Assembly (NCBI RefSeq): GCF_035084215.1
Contig: NC_090363.1
Location: 11,160,001 to 11,224,000 of the forward strand
DNA from: Heptranchias perlo
Lineage: Eukaryota
Direction of reading: 5' to 3'
DNA: 64,000 bases
This document shows positions 34,173-48,034 of this stretch, in pieces. The notes under the pieces are model-generated. The model was not told the DNA's origin and did no database searches. It was given only the letters and a program-made list of their open reading frames with translations. The position numbers and the translations under genes were made by a program. How positions within the stretch are numbered: position 1 is the first letter of the stretch; each line of letters opens with the position of its first letter.

Positions 34173-37100
34173 TCAATTCGATATCACCCCTTTTGCACCA
34201 ATCCCCAAATTAAAATGATTCCCATCGTGTATTAATCTGGCGAAGCCATTTAATGATTCACATAAATACGTTATTCGAGACAGGGGACGCTTTACCATAT
34301 TCTTCAGCTCATCTCTGAATTTACTCTGGGACGCTGCATAAACTAACGTGTTTGTGCAGGAACTCAAAGCCTGAAGCATGTGCCCGGATTGTTCCATAAT
34401 GGTGAAAGGCGCATTGTAACTTGTTTCTAAAAATTGAGTATCTGTAAATTGTACAAATATATGAGCTACGAATCTTACCATCCATAACAGTGTAAAACTG
34501 CCAGATATGGCTAGCTGCAAAATTATGGATTTTCTTCGGTTCTCCATCTCTGGATCATTGTTGTTTTCCAGGAGTCCCCTCCTCACTCTATTGGCCAGTA
34601 CAATGTGTCTGATGGTCAGAGCATTGAGCAGTAAAATCAACAGAAATGGAACAAACGGGGTTAAAATAGTTTCCAACCACAAAAATGCTGCCCATTTGGG
34701 GACGTAAAAGAAGCTTCATTTTACGTAGCAGGACCACGGTACATTGTCAATTATTTCCCGAGGTTCATACACAAAATAGATTGGAACATTTTCTAACAAG
34801 CTCAAGGAACACACCATCGCGATAACCACAGCCGCAGTTTTTTCGGTGCAATATTTTGTTCTCAACTTTTGGCAACAAATGACGACAAATCGATCAAAGG
34901 TGAAAGCAACAGTTAACCAGACAGCAAAATCAATCGATGTAGAAAGCAGGGGGAGATTGAGACAGCAAATGGGAGTGTAGTTCAGGAATGAATGTGGGAA
35001 ATAAGCATCTATAGTCTCAAACAGTATTACATGAAATTTCAGGACCGGCAGATCCGCCGCTGCCATGGCCACCAGGTAACAATTGATGCATTTGGAGAGG
35101 CCGTAACTTCCGCGGGAGAGAATCACAATTGTCACCAAATTACCTGCAAAAAAGAGGGAATGAAATTACTAACTCTCCTCATCTTGAGAGGATGATCATT
35201 CGACAGTTCTTTTGTGTGAAAATTCATGCGCTCTTTATCCTGTCAATCAAAAAGTCTCTCTGGGGCTCATTTTAACCGAACTCGCAGGGCGGGGAACCTC
35301 ACGGGATCGGGTTGAACGCTGGTTTTACACTCCGCCCAAGATTACTCTCCTGCATTTTCATCAAGTAATCTTTCTACTAGATTGAAAACATATATTTCAG
35401 GTTGTCTTTAAACCCCGTTTAACGACGTGAAAACTGTTCTTTTACATCTAAGCTGAGTAGAATAATGTAAAATTGTCTCAGGCCCCAAGCTCCTGATGTG
35501 ATTGGGAATTTGAGGCTTATAAAAGTACAGTTGAAAATCTCTGTCACGAAACCAACATCCCATATAAGAAATACGTTCTAATTTATCAATCCCACTTTAA
35601 GGATCTGATTATGATGCGATATTTTCCTGCCTTCAGTTTTCCAGAATAACAATATTTTTTGAAGAATCTGCAGCCAATAAAGTCTATTACTTTTTTAATA
35701 TTTCTTCATGGGATGTGGGCGTCGCTGGCGAGGCCAGCATTTATTGCCCATCCCTAATTGCCCTCGAGAAGGTAGTGGTGAGCCGCCTTCTTGAGCCGCT
35801 GCAGTCCGTGCGGTGAAGGTTCTCCCACAGTGCTGACAGAAAGGGAGTTCCAGGATTTTGAGCCAGCGACGATGAAGGAACGGCGATATATTTCCAAGTC
35901 GGGATGGTGTGTGACTTGGAGGGGAACGTGCAGGTGGTGTTGTTCCCATGTGCCTTCTGCCCTTGTCCTTCTAGGTGGTAGAGGTCGTCGGTTTGGGAGG
36001 TGCTGTCGAAGATGCCTTGGCGAGTTGCTGCAGTGCATCCTGTGGATGGTACACACTGCAGCCACTGTGCGCCGATGGTGAAGGGAGTGAATGTTTAGGG
36101 TGGTGGATGGGGTGCCAATCAAGCGGGCTGCTTTGTCCTGGATGATGTCGAGTTTCTTGAGTGTTGTTGGAGCTGCACTCATCCAGGCAAGTGGAGAGTA
36201 TTCCATCTCACCCCTGACTTGTGCCTTGTAGATGGTGGAAAGGCTTTGGGTAGTCAGGAGGTGAGTCACTCGTCGCAGAATACCCAGCCTCTGACCTGCT
36301 CTTGTAGCCACAGTATTTATATGGCTGGTCCAGTTATGTTTCTGGTCAATGGTGACCCCCAGGACGTTGATGGTGGGGGATGCGGTGATGGTAATGCCGT
36401 TGAATGTCAAGGGGAGTTTGTTAGACTCTCTCTTGTTGGAGATGGTCATTGCCTGGCACTTATCTGGCACGAATGTTACTTGCCACTTATCAGCCCAAGC
36501 CTGGATGTTGTCCAGGTCTTGCTGCATGCGGGCTCGGACTGCATCATTATCTGAGGGGTTGCGAATGGAACTGAACACTGTGCAATCCTCAGCTAACATC
36601 CCCATTTTTGACCTTATAATGGAGGGAAAGTCATTGATGAAGCAGCTGAAGATGGTTGGGCCTGGGACACTGCCCTGAGGAACTCCTGCAGCAATGTACT
36701 GGGGCTGAGATGATTGGCCTCTAACAACCACTACCATCTTCCTTTGTGCTAGGTATGACTCCAGCCACTAGAGAGTTTTCCCCCTGATTCCAATTGACTT
36801 CAATTTTACGAGGGCTCCTTGGTGCCACATTCGTTCAAATGCTGCCTTGATGTCAAGGGCAGTCACTCTCACCTCACCTCTGGAATTCAGCTCTTTTGTC
36901 CATGTTTGGACCAAGGCTATAATGAGGACTGGTGTAGAGTGGTCCTGGTGGAACCCAAACTGAGCATCGGTGAGCAGATTATTGGTGAGTAAGTACCACT
37001 TGATAGCACTGTCGACGACACCTTCCATCACTTTGCTGATGATTGTGAGTAGACTCATGGGGCGGTAATTGGCCGGATTGGATTTGTCCTGCTTTTTGTG

Positions 37101-38700
37101 GACAGGACATACCTGGGCAATTTTCCACATTGTCGGGTAGATGCCAGTGTTGTAGCTGTACTGGAACAGCTTGGCTCGAGGCGCTGTTAGTTCTGGAGCA
37201 CAAGTCTTCAGCACTACAGCCGGGATGTCGTCGGGGCCCATAGCCTTTGCTGTATCCAGTGCACTCAGCCGTTTCTTGATATCACGTGTAGTGAATCGAA
37301 TTAGCTGAACACTGGCTTCTGTGATGGTGGGGATATCAGGAGGCAGTCGAGATGGATCATCCACTCGGCACTTCTGGCTGAAGAAGGTTGCAAACGCTTC
37401 AGCCTTGTCTTTTGCACTCACGTGCTGGACTCCGCCATCGTTGAGAATGGGGATGTTTACAGAGCCTCCTCCTCCCGTTAGTTGTTTAATTGTCCACCAC
37501 CATTCACGACTGGATGTGGCAGGACTGCAGAGCTTTGATCTGATCCGTTGGTTGTGGCATCGCTTAGCTCTGTCTATAGCATGTTGCTTCCACTGTTTAG
37601 CATGCAGATAGTCCTGTGTTGCAGCTTCACCAGGTTGGCACCTCATTTTTAGGTATGCCTGGTGCTGCTCCTGGCATACTCTTCTGCATTCCTCATTGAA
37701 CCAGGGTTGATCCCCTGGCTTGTTGGTTATGGTACAGTGAGGAATATGCCTGGCCATGAGGTTACAGTTTGTGCTGGAATACAATTCTGCTGCTGCCGAT
37801 GGCACACAGCGCCTCATGGATACCCAGTTACGAGCAGTTAGATCTGTTCTGAATCTATCCCATTTAGCACGGTAGCAGTGCCACACAACACGTTGGATGG
37901 TGTCCTCAGTGCGAAGAAGGGACTTTATCTCCACGAGGACTGTGCGGTGGTCACGCCTACCAATTCTGTCATGGACAGATGCATCTGCGACAGGTAGATT
38001 GGTGAGGATGAGGTCAAGTAAGTTTTTCCCACTTGTTGGTTTGCTCACCACCTGCCGCAAGCCCAGTCTAGCAGTTATGTCCTTCAGGACTCTGCCAGCT
38101 CGGTCAGAAGTACATAATTTGTTCTTTGTTCTACTAAACCCGAAGACAGCAACAGCAACGCAGATTTTATCTCCAGCAATACTTTACTGGGTAGAATTTC
38201 GAGGGTTGGAGGTTCTTCCGATCGCTTGTCGCAAGTTCGGCGGTTCATACCTTCTCTCCCGCGTTTCCGTTAATCTCAGCAACTTGTCTTGACTTGATGG
38301 ACGTTTTCTACTTTTCAACGATACTATCTAACCAGATCCAAGACGGGATGCTAATATTTGGCTGGGACTGAAAATTACACGACTCTCCACAAAGGGGATG
38401 AAATCCTCATTAAATTGTTTACTTTTAAACTTCGGAACAAATTGCACTGCCGTCAGGTTATTACATCAAGAATATGTCTAAAACTTGACGTTTTCTTATT
38501 GTTATTTGAGTGATGGCTGTAACATCGACTATATCAATACAAACCGATAATATTATTACTCCGACAGCAGGAGCAGTGTAACAGTGAAACACTGTTAAAG
38601 ATTAATATTAACTGATTATAAAAAGCTGACCGGGAACACCAATCACTGCAAGAATAGGGTAGTAAATGCTTTCTATCTGTGTGATTACCGGCTGTCGCAT
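34173..38700 (-). pseudogene. GPR139-like class A GPCR, full two-exon structure with premature stop (unit 2)
   Basis: Exon 1 38700-38631 (70 nt), exon 2 from 35143 (NLVTIVILSRG, YLVAMAAADL, FTFDRF, PFVPF, SSCTNT); in-frame TGA at 34716-34718 between same-frame ORFs 34716..35138 and 34173..34682. Confidence 0.88.
35691..38107 (-). mobile_element. 5'-truncated LINE in the GPCR intron (same family as 8741-11785)
   Basis: Same-frame ORFs 36768..38060 and 35754..36737 separated by one stop; catalytic FADD decayed to LAED. Confidence 0.92.
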
Positions 38701-40669
38701 TTTCAGAGAGAAGCAACGTTGTCTGTTAGTGTTCTGGACACGCAGATCATCTGCCTTCAAAATATGGGCTTCTTAATACCTGAGAAAAACCTCAAGTGAC
38801 ACATGAGCATTGCACAATGATTGGCATTAGTTAATGAACAAACAGATTAAGCCGAGTGTATTTACTCCCACTGATGGGAAGCAGGTTATGATACAATGAC
38901 ATTTCACATTGATAAAACGAAGTCTAGAATATTACTTTGATCACATTTTAGAAATAATATATTTTGAAATCTGCACTCCTAATGTAATGGTGCATACCCC
39001 CGAAACTGCGGATATTCCTTTATAGGTTCATGGAAGCTATTTGATGAAACAAATGCGCACATTTGTGGTAGATTGGCTTCATCCACGTTTCAGGTACATC
39101 ATATTTTTTTCTTTTCTAATTACGCTCTACATAATATCGATATGAGGAGGCTCCATGGGGCACGTGAGATCGAAGAGCCTTCACAGATACACACAGAAAG
39201 TGATATAGTCAGTTGCATACAGCTGAGCAGCCCCACGAAGATGCTGAGATGTTGGATTTCATCGCCAACAGGCGTTGGGCAGAGGTGAAAGAAACAGGGT
39301 CTGGTCTGATTTGTACCGGCTGTGAGAAAGATAATTGTGGATAAGGATCTCAATAGCCGTTTGGAAGGGCTTTGGGAGTTTATGGCCATCATGTACTGAT
39401 GAGTTGAAGGGTGAAAAGCGGACATAATGTCGGCTGTGGAGCCGGAATTTGGATCGGGACCCGGTTCTGCCCGTCGGATCAAAGGGGCCGATTTATTTTA
39501 GAAATTTGGCACAGGGCCCCTAATGACCGACACCTTTTGGGATATTTCACCATTTGGCCAACGGTGGATTTCGGTGTGTTATGTATTAAAATGTTGATGT
39601 TCAGTCAAACTATGGGAAAGGGATTACAATTCCCACAGGAGCAGATGCTGGGATGGGCGGGTGGGGCGATTTTGTGTATGAAAGTCAGATGGGCCACTTT
39701 GTGCTCCTTGAATGCTGTTTTCATAAACTCTTCAAAAGGCCGACCCGTACTTGATCCAGAGAGTTACTTCCCAGTTGGAACTGAGGTAACTGATCCAAGT
39801 CAGGGCCGCGATTCAGAAATTACAATCCGTCTCAGCTCCCTCGGATTATGTAGGACCATAGGCACACGAGCAGGCCATTCTACCCCTCGAGCCTGTTCCG
39901 CCATTCAATTAGATCATGACTGATCTGCATCTAAACTCCATCTTTCCGCATTAGTTTCATATCCCTTAGTACACCTACTGAACAAAAATCTATCAATCCC
40001 ATGTTTGAAGTTTTCAATTGATTCCCCAGCCTCAACGGCCTTTTGGGGGAGAGAGTTCCATATTTTCACTCACCTTTGTGTGAAGAAGTGCTTCGTGACA
40101 TCACCCCTGAACAGCCCAGCGCTAATTTTAAGGTTATGCCCCCTGTTCTGGACTATCGTACCAGAGGAAATAGTTACTTCCTTACGACCCGTTCAACAGC
40201 TTTATTCATCTTAAACACTCAGATGAACCCTTCATTTTCTATACTTGATGGAATACAAGTCTAGTCGATGCAACCTGTCCTCATAATTTCACCTTTTGAG
40301 CCCCAGTATAATTCTGCTGAATCTGCGCTGCACTCCTCCAAGGCCGATTTTTCCTTCTTGAGATGTAGTGCCCAGACCTGAATGCTGTACTCTAAATGGG
40401 GTCTAACCAGAGTTCTGTCCAGCTCTAACATAATTTTCATCCCCTTGGATTCCAGTCCTCTTGACATAAAGACCAACACTCCATTAGTCTTTTTAATTCA
40501 TTTTTGTATCTGTCACACAAGGTAAAGGTGAGACTGAGTGTGGTGAAGCAGACACCAGTAGAAGGAGATGGATAAAGGTGTCACTGCGTATAACGAGTGA
40601 TAGAGAGAGACACCAACAGAGGGAGAAAGATAAAGGTGAAAGTGAGTATAGTGATGCTTACACCCTCAT

Positions 40670-42686
40670 CTACAAGCAGAAGGGGAGCGGGAAGAAATCA
40701 GAAATTGGCAATCCATTTCCTTGCTAAGTATCAACTACAAAGTTCTGTCTAAGTCCATCGCCAACAGGCTCAAGTCTGCTCTGGAGCTGGTGATCCTCCC
40801 CGGTTAGAGCTGCACTGTGCCTGGCAGAACGATCTCTCATCGCCTTGCGCTGCTCAGGGATAAGATCACCTAAGTGTAGCACAGAGGGGTGAACACCTGC
40901 CTCATCAGCTTGGACAAGGAGGAGGCGTTCGACAGAATATCCACCACGTACATGATGGGCGTGTTCTCCAAAATATGTCTTTGTGAGGGAATCCGTGAAT
41001 GGATCCGACTGCTCTGCGCAGATATCAGTAGCACAGTCCTAATCAACGGGTGGGAATCGGAGAGCTTTCCAATCAGATCTCGAATCAGGTAGGGCTGTCC
41101 TCTCTTTGCAGTCTTGTTCATATATTGCATCGAACCGTTTGCCTTGTCCATCACTAAGGATGCAGGTGTCAGCGGGTGACGACCCTAGGCTCACAGGTTA
41201 AGGCATCCCTGTACATGGAGGATGTTACGGTTTTTTGCACCGATCACTGGTCGGTACACAGACTGATGGGCACCTGCAACCAGTTTGAGTTGGCCTCGGG
41301 GGCTAGAGTGAACTGAAATAAGACAGCGGCCATGTTCATTGGCAGGTGGGCAACCCGTTCCTTTGTCCCCTTCACTATCAGGTCTTACGACCTGAATGTG
41401 CTGGGGATCTGGTTCGGGGGGCCTCAGGCCTGCACCAAGAACTGTGGGGAGTGGGTCACCAAGGCCAGCAAAGGCTTGGTGTTTGGGTGGGGGGTGGGTG
41501 GGAGCGCTCCCTCTCCATAACTAGCAGGAACCTGGTGATAAGATGTGAGGTGCTCGCGGTGTTGCTCTACATGGTCAAGGTCTGGCCCCATTCCCTGCCA
41601 TCACAGTCACCTGAGCTATCGTGCAATTTGTCAAGGTGGACCAGACCCACTGGGACACCATGTACAAGCCCCTAGACAAAGGGGGTTAGGGTGTCCTCAA
41701 TGCCACCTGATCCTAATGGCCACCTTTGTGTGTGGCTGCCTCAGGATGTGTGTACAGCCCCTATACGCAAACACCAAGTGTCACTACCTGCTGAACTTCT
41801 ATCTGTCCACCACACTGAGAAGACTGGGCTGGCCACGCTGGCCGAGCAGACGCAGGCTGTCCCATCCAGCTGGTCCGTACCCCACCACCAGTCCCAGGTG
41901 GAGAAGTTCCTGAGGAGATCCCCTTCGACCACAAGGCCGTCAGACACTGATCGGCACTGAAAGTTCTGTATGTTCTGCAGGAAAGGGAGAAGATGGATCT
42001 GATCGGGTAGTTCGCCGACCAGACGGTCGATGTCATTTGGCAGAAGGTCTGGTCACTGGAACTGACAGGCAGGCACTAGGATGTAGCCTGGATGGCGGTG
42101 AGATGGGCCCTCCCAGTGCGGTCTTTCAAACACGCATGGAATCTCAGCACCACTAACTGGTGAACTGCCCCTTCCCACAGAACGTGTGGAGAGATGCGTT
42201 GGTATCTGTACCAGTTCATCCCCAATAGTTCAGCAACACATGTCGCTCTGCTCTTTGGGCTGTTTCCCACGACGCACATCTGAGACAGGTATCAACTGCT
42301 GCTCGAAGACCATCAACTTGGTGAAGGGGGCCCTTTGGTCCTCCCGATACCCGATGGTCTTCAGCTGAAGGAAATGTCCACGACCGAGTGTTTCCGACTG
42401 GCACATTCCAAGGTCCAGGAGTACGTGCTGCGGAATGCATTGAAGCAAGTTACGGCCTACTCAAAGGTTCAATGGGGAAATGCCACGATGTAAGGCCACC
42501 CCACTCTGTATTGTAGAAAATGTATTCCAACATATGTACTGTGTTATGACTTGTAATAATGGGATCACGCTCTGTGCGATCTGCATTGTATTAGTCTGAA
42601 CTGCACTGCTTGATATTGTGGCTTTCAACTGTGTGTATCTTCACATTTCCTGAAATAAAGTAATATGTTGAATTTTTTTTTAAAAA
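40670..42686 (+). mobile_element. Tx1/L1-clade ORF2 relic, unit 2
   Basis: Paralog of 19075 onward, retaining its own 3' end (AATAAA near 42654). Confidence 0.75.
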
Positions 42687-42689
42687 GAG

Positions 42690-42900
42690 ACACCAACAGA
42701 GTTGTGATAGATAAAGTTGAGAATGAGTACAGTGATACAGAGAGACACCAACGGAAGGAAATAGATAAAGGTATGACTGATTACAGTGACACAAAGAGAC
42801 ACCAGCCTCGGGAGATGGATGAAGGTAAGACGGAGTACAGTGAGTGATACAGAGAACCATCAACAGAGGGAGATAGATAAAGGTGAGACGGCAGTATGCA
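42690..42900. repeat. Degenerate ~52-bp minisatellite
   Basis: GATAAAGGT..GAGTACAGTGATACAGAGAGACACCAAC units; related units at 18915-19060, 40515-40660 and 62440-62580. Confidence 0.65.
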
Positions 42901-43499
42901 GAGCATGAGCAGGGCAAATGTGGGGAATATCAGGGTTACAAAGGTTTAAAAAGGGTTAGAGGAAAAGAGAGAGGGAAAAGAGCGGGGGGGGGGGGTTGGG
43001 GCGGGAACCACAGAGTGAGCAGGGCAAACGTGGGGAATATCAGAATTATAAACGTTTAAAAAGGCGGAGAGGGAAAGAGAGAGGGGAAACAACAGCGGGG
43101 GTGGGGGGCGGGGGTTAGGGGGGAACCAAAGAAGCAGAAATTGAGCAGAGAGAAATCAATCAAAGGGGAAGTGAGAACTGAACAGGAATCCCAGAAACAA
43201 GCAGCAGGGTGAACACAGACAGACACAGTGATGGGACAGCACAATGTAATTGTGCAGGTGACAGTAATTATCTGGACATGAAGTAAATAAAGATTCCCAT
43301 TTATTTATGTTATGAGCCCTACTATATTGTTGATGATGTACAGTGGGGCCGTCGTACATTAACAGAATATTTTTGTTTACTGGCATAGATACCTTATAGC
43401 GGATGAGCACTCTGTTATCCCCATTATGGTTATTCCATTTGTTGTATGTATTAAATGCTCTCACTGTCAGGCACATCTTTCCAAGGTTCAAACTCATTT

Positions 43500-45120
43500 T
43501 AGAATCATCGAATCATAGGATGGTTGCAGCACGGACGGAGGCCATTCGGCCCATCGAGTCCTTGCCTGCTTTCTGTGAGAGTAACCCAGCTAGTCCCACT
43601 CTCCCGCCCGAACCCAGTAGACCTGTAAATTTATTCCCTTCAAGGAATTATCCAGTTCCCCTTTGAAAGCCACGATTGAATCTGCCTCCACCACACCCTC
43701 AGGCATTGCATTCCAGATCATAACCACTCGCTGTGTAAAAAAGATTTTTCTCATGTCGCCTTTGGTTCTTTTGCCAATCACCTTCAATCTGTGTCCTCTG
43801 GTTTTTGCCCCTTCCGCCAATGGGAACGGTTTCTCTCCATCGATTCTGTCTGGACACTTCATGATTTCGAATAACTCTATCAAATCTCCTCTCAACTTTC
43901 TCGGCTCTAAGGAGAACAACGCCAGCTTCTCCAGTCTATCCACATAACTGAAGTCCCTCATCCCTGGAATCATTTTAGTAAATCTCTTCTGCTCCTCTTC
44001 TTCTCTAAGGCATTCACATCCTTCCTAAAGTGCGGTACACAGAACTGGACACAATACTTCAGTTGTAGCCAAACCAGTGTTTTATAAGGTCCATCATAAC
44101 CTCCTTGCTTTTGCACTCTATATCTCTATTTATAAAGCCCAGGATCTCGTATGCTTTCTTAACCACTTTCCCAATCTGTCCTGACACCTTTAACAATTGT
44201 GCACATATACTCCCAGATCTCTCTGTTCCTGCACCCCTTTTCGAATTGTATCCTTTATTTATATTGCCTATCCTCGTTCTTCCTACCAAATGCATCACTT
44301 CACACGTTTCTGCGTTAAATTTCATCTGTCACGTGTCCGCCCACTCCACCAGCCTGTCCATGTCCTCTTGAAGACTATCACTATATTCCTTATTGTTCAC
44401 TACCCTTCCAAGTTTTGTATCATCTGCAAATTATGAGCTTGTGTCCTGTACACTCAAGTCCAAGTCATTAATATATATCGAGAAAAGCAATGGTCCCCGT
44501 CCTGACCCCTGGGGGACACAATTGTATACCTCCATCACATCCAAAAAAACAACCGTTCACCACTACTCTCTGTTTCCTGTTGCTTGCCCAATTTCGTATC
44601 CATGATGTCACGGCCCCTTTTATTCCATGGGCTTTGATGACAAGCCTATTATATGGCACTTTATCGAATGCCTTTTGGAAGTCCATATACAACACATCAA
44701 CCACATTGCCCTCATTGACGCTGTCTGTTACCTCATCAAAAAAATCAATTTCGTTAAGCACGATTTGCTTTTAACAAATCCATGCTGGCTTTCCTTAATT
44801 AATCCACACTTGTCCAAGTGACTATTCATTTTGTCCCGGATTATCGTTTCTAAAAGTTTCCCCACCATTGGGATTCAACTGATGGGCCTGTCGTTGCTGG
44901 GTTTATCCTTACACACTTTTTTGAAAAATGGTGTAACATATGCAATTCTCCAGTCCCCTGGCACCACCCTCGTATCCAAGGATGATTGGAAGATTATGGC
45001 CAATACCTCCGCAATTTCCACTCTTACTTTCCTCAGCTACTTAGGATGCATCATATCTGGGCTGGGTGACTTATCTACCTCAAGTACAGCTGCCTTCCCA
45101 GAACTTCCTCTTTATCAATG
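43500..45120 (-). mobile_element. CR1 LINE RT fragment
   Basis: VDVLYMDFQKAFDKVP (44468..44761), LRGDLIE and FFTQRVV (43590..43973); frameshifted. Confidence 0.88.
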
Positions 45121-45660
45121 AGACCATCGCCCATCTTGGACTGCCCCTTCGTGCAGAGAGTGTGGAGAGAGATGCGTTGGTATTTGTCCGGGTTCATTCC
45201 TAACCGCTAGTTAACACAGGACTTTGTGCTCTATGGGCTTTTCCCTGGGACGCAAACCGAGACAGATATCAACTGCTACTGGAAGACCATCAAGTCAGTG
45301 AAGGAAGCCCCTTGGTCCACCCGAAACCTGCTGGTCTACCAGTTGAAGGAGCTGTCCATGACCGAGTATTGCCGACTGGCACACTTCAAGATCCAGGAGT
45401 ACGTGCTGTGAGACGCAATGAAGTGCGGTGCGGATTACGCTATGGGAAAGGCCACCGAGTAAGGCCATCACACCTTGTATTGTGCACCATGTATTAGGAG
45501 ATAAACGCTGTGTTTGAATTGTCATCTTGGGATCGTTTTGTGTACGATCTGTATTGTATTGTTTTGAATTGTATTGCTTTGGAATTGTGTTTTTTACATT
45601 GAACTGTGTGTATCTTTAAATTCTATGAAATAAAGTATATCTTGAATTTTTTTAATAGAA
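45121..45660 (+). mobile_element. Second Tx1-like 3' end fragment
   Basis: GLFPGTQTETDINCYWKTI..RLAHFKIQEYVL; similar to 42180-42680. Confidence 0.7.
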
Positions 45661-47483
45661 GAGTGTCTCTGCACCTTTAAAAACTCTGTCTCATTGCACA
45701 GATATTTAAAATGTCGGACCGTGGTAATTGTTTCTGTATCATTAAACTCTCTGACTCACTGCACAGTTATTTATAGTGCATTGTCGGATGATGTTTGTGG
45801 GACGAGGATCTGTGAGGTGATGTGGGAGCAGCATCTTTGTGCAGGGTGAGTATTACACTCTTTATTTTCACGCTCCCCTCTTTCTTGCTTTTTCTCTCCT
45901 TTCCTTCCTTTCGCTCTCTTTTCATTCCTCTTATTTCCTTCTTTTTCTTTCTGCCTCCAGCTCCACTGTCTGTATCCTCTTTTAATGTGTTTCATTCTCC
46001 CATCCTATTTCCATTGCCTTGCCCCTCTCTCTCGTTCCTTTATCCATCTCTCCCTTTACGCTTTCTCATTCCCTCTGTTCTTTCTTTCCTCTTTCTCTCT
46101 TTTCTTGCTTCACTCTTTCTTTCTCTTTTCTTTATCGCTCTTTCATTTTTCTCTCCATTTACACTTTCTCGCTCTCTCCTTTCTTTCTCTCTCTCTCTCT
46201 CTTTCTTTTCTCTCCTACCTATCCAGCGAGAATCAGTTAGGGAGAGGGCTCCCACCATGGTCCAGGAATTGAAACCCTGCCGGGGTAAATCTCCCTCACT
46301 GTGACCTGTCGCCCCGTGGAATAATTCCCCACCCAACCCCTCCCTGCCATCACCCCTGCAGTGCACTGGACATTACAACATACAGGACTTTGGAATGCGC
46401 CAGATGGTAATTCACTGGTGGTGCTGATGCAGCTTCAAGAAGCCAACGTGATGGCCCTTGTGGAGAAATTGAGACAAATTCTTGAATATTTGGGATTTAA
46501 AGTTTTATTTCCAGTGCTCTTACAAAGGGCAGACTATTGACAACATATATTCATTGCCATTAACTTTATTAACGTGACGCAGTTGGCATAATAAAATGGG
46601 AATATTAACATTAATTATTGAGTTACAGAAAACTTATGCAAAGAGCATGCATTACCTGCTGTTCTGATCAGCTGCCTTCTAATCTAATAAACACAGACCT
46701 GCGCTCACACTGAGTGTTCTGTGCTTAATTGATTGTCAGGCTTGTGGTAGCAAGATCAGTCCGATCAAAGTGATTGCAAAAGTATCAACTTCTCCATCTT
46801 CTCGCCGGGACAATGAGAGAAAAAAACAAATCGGGAAAGTTACATTTCTGTGCAGTTATGGACATTGACTTAAAATTACTCCCATTAACACTTGGAAACA
46901 CCCAAGGGAACGAAAACAAGATTTCAAGATAATTACAGACGAGGGAGACCATTCTGCCCATCTTGATCCAACCATCCAGAGAGATCTTAACATCCCCCCA
47001 TTGTCGCAACAAATTGTTTCTGAAATGATTCCAGGGTTCTTGTCTCCATTGCTCTATCTGGAACCTCACTCCACGTGATGATGACACTTTGGGGTGGAAA
47101 CAAGGTGGTAGTGCCCCCAAAAATGGTGGGCAGTGAAAGAGGAGAATTAAAACTCCACATCAATTAAAACATGGGCACTGCTCCCTCAGGACTGCACTGA
47201 AGTGTCAGCCTGGATTATGTGCTGAAGTCTGTGGAGTAGAAGAGAGACAGGATGGTTCAATGGGAGTGGGAATAATTGGATGGCTCTTTCAAAGAGCTGC
47301 CAGAGGCATGATGGACTGAATGGCCTCCTGCGCTGCATGATTCTCTTTGAGGCTGGTTTGTATTTTAAGTGGGATTACCACCTGTCTCGGGACCATCCGC
47401 ACCACCTGTGACTGAGACCGACGCCCAGCAGTTTGCAGCTGGCAGGAGGCAGGTATGCGGTGTGGAATTATGGGATGGACCTG

Positions 47484-48034
47484 TTAGTGACCTTTAACCC
47501 CGCAGATTGTCAGCGGTGCTGAGTTTTTCCCGCCGTCACTCCATCCCGGAATGAAGAAGGGAAAGATTCTCTCGGTGAAAGTGTGGGTGAAAGTGTGGAG
47601 ATGGGACATGTTGTCCGCATTGTAAAATGACACCTGTCCGCCCTCATAGTCCAGGTACACCCCGATCATCCGGGGCTTCACACTCGGGGTGAGGGGGGTC
47701 CGTGAGGGGGAAGTGGCGGCAACAAAGCCACTTCTAGGATTCAGCCACACAAACCAGTATCCGGACTCAGGTCTCAGGTCAATCTCCCCTTTCCTGTTAA
47801 CAGACTCTCGGGCCACTCCCACACCCCACCAAGTCTTGTTCCCCACCTCCACCTCCCAGTAGTGTCTCCCTGATGTGAATCCCTCCGATCCCAGGACACA
47901 GGCCCAGCGATCAAACCTCTCCGGGGTGTCATGGAGCGGCTGCCATTTCCCTCCGTCTCTCACACTTGTCCAGTCCTCAGACACAACGAGCAGGGGATGG
48001 GCTGTGTTCGGATCCAAAGTCAGAGAGGCTGGAG
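47484..48034 (-). CDS. TRIM copy C last exon, PRY-SPRY/B30.2 domain
   Basis: ORF 47484..48017 with [27 protein letters not shown] motifs. Confidence 0.95.
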
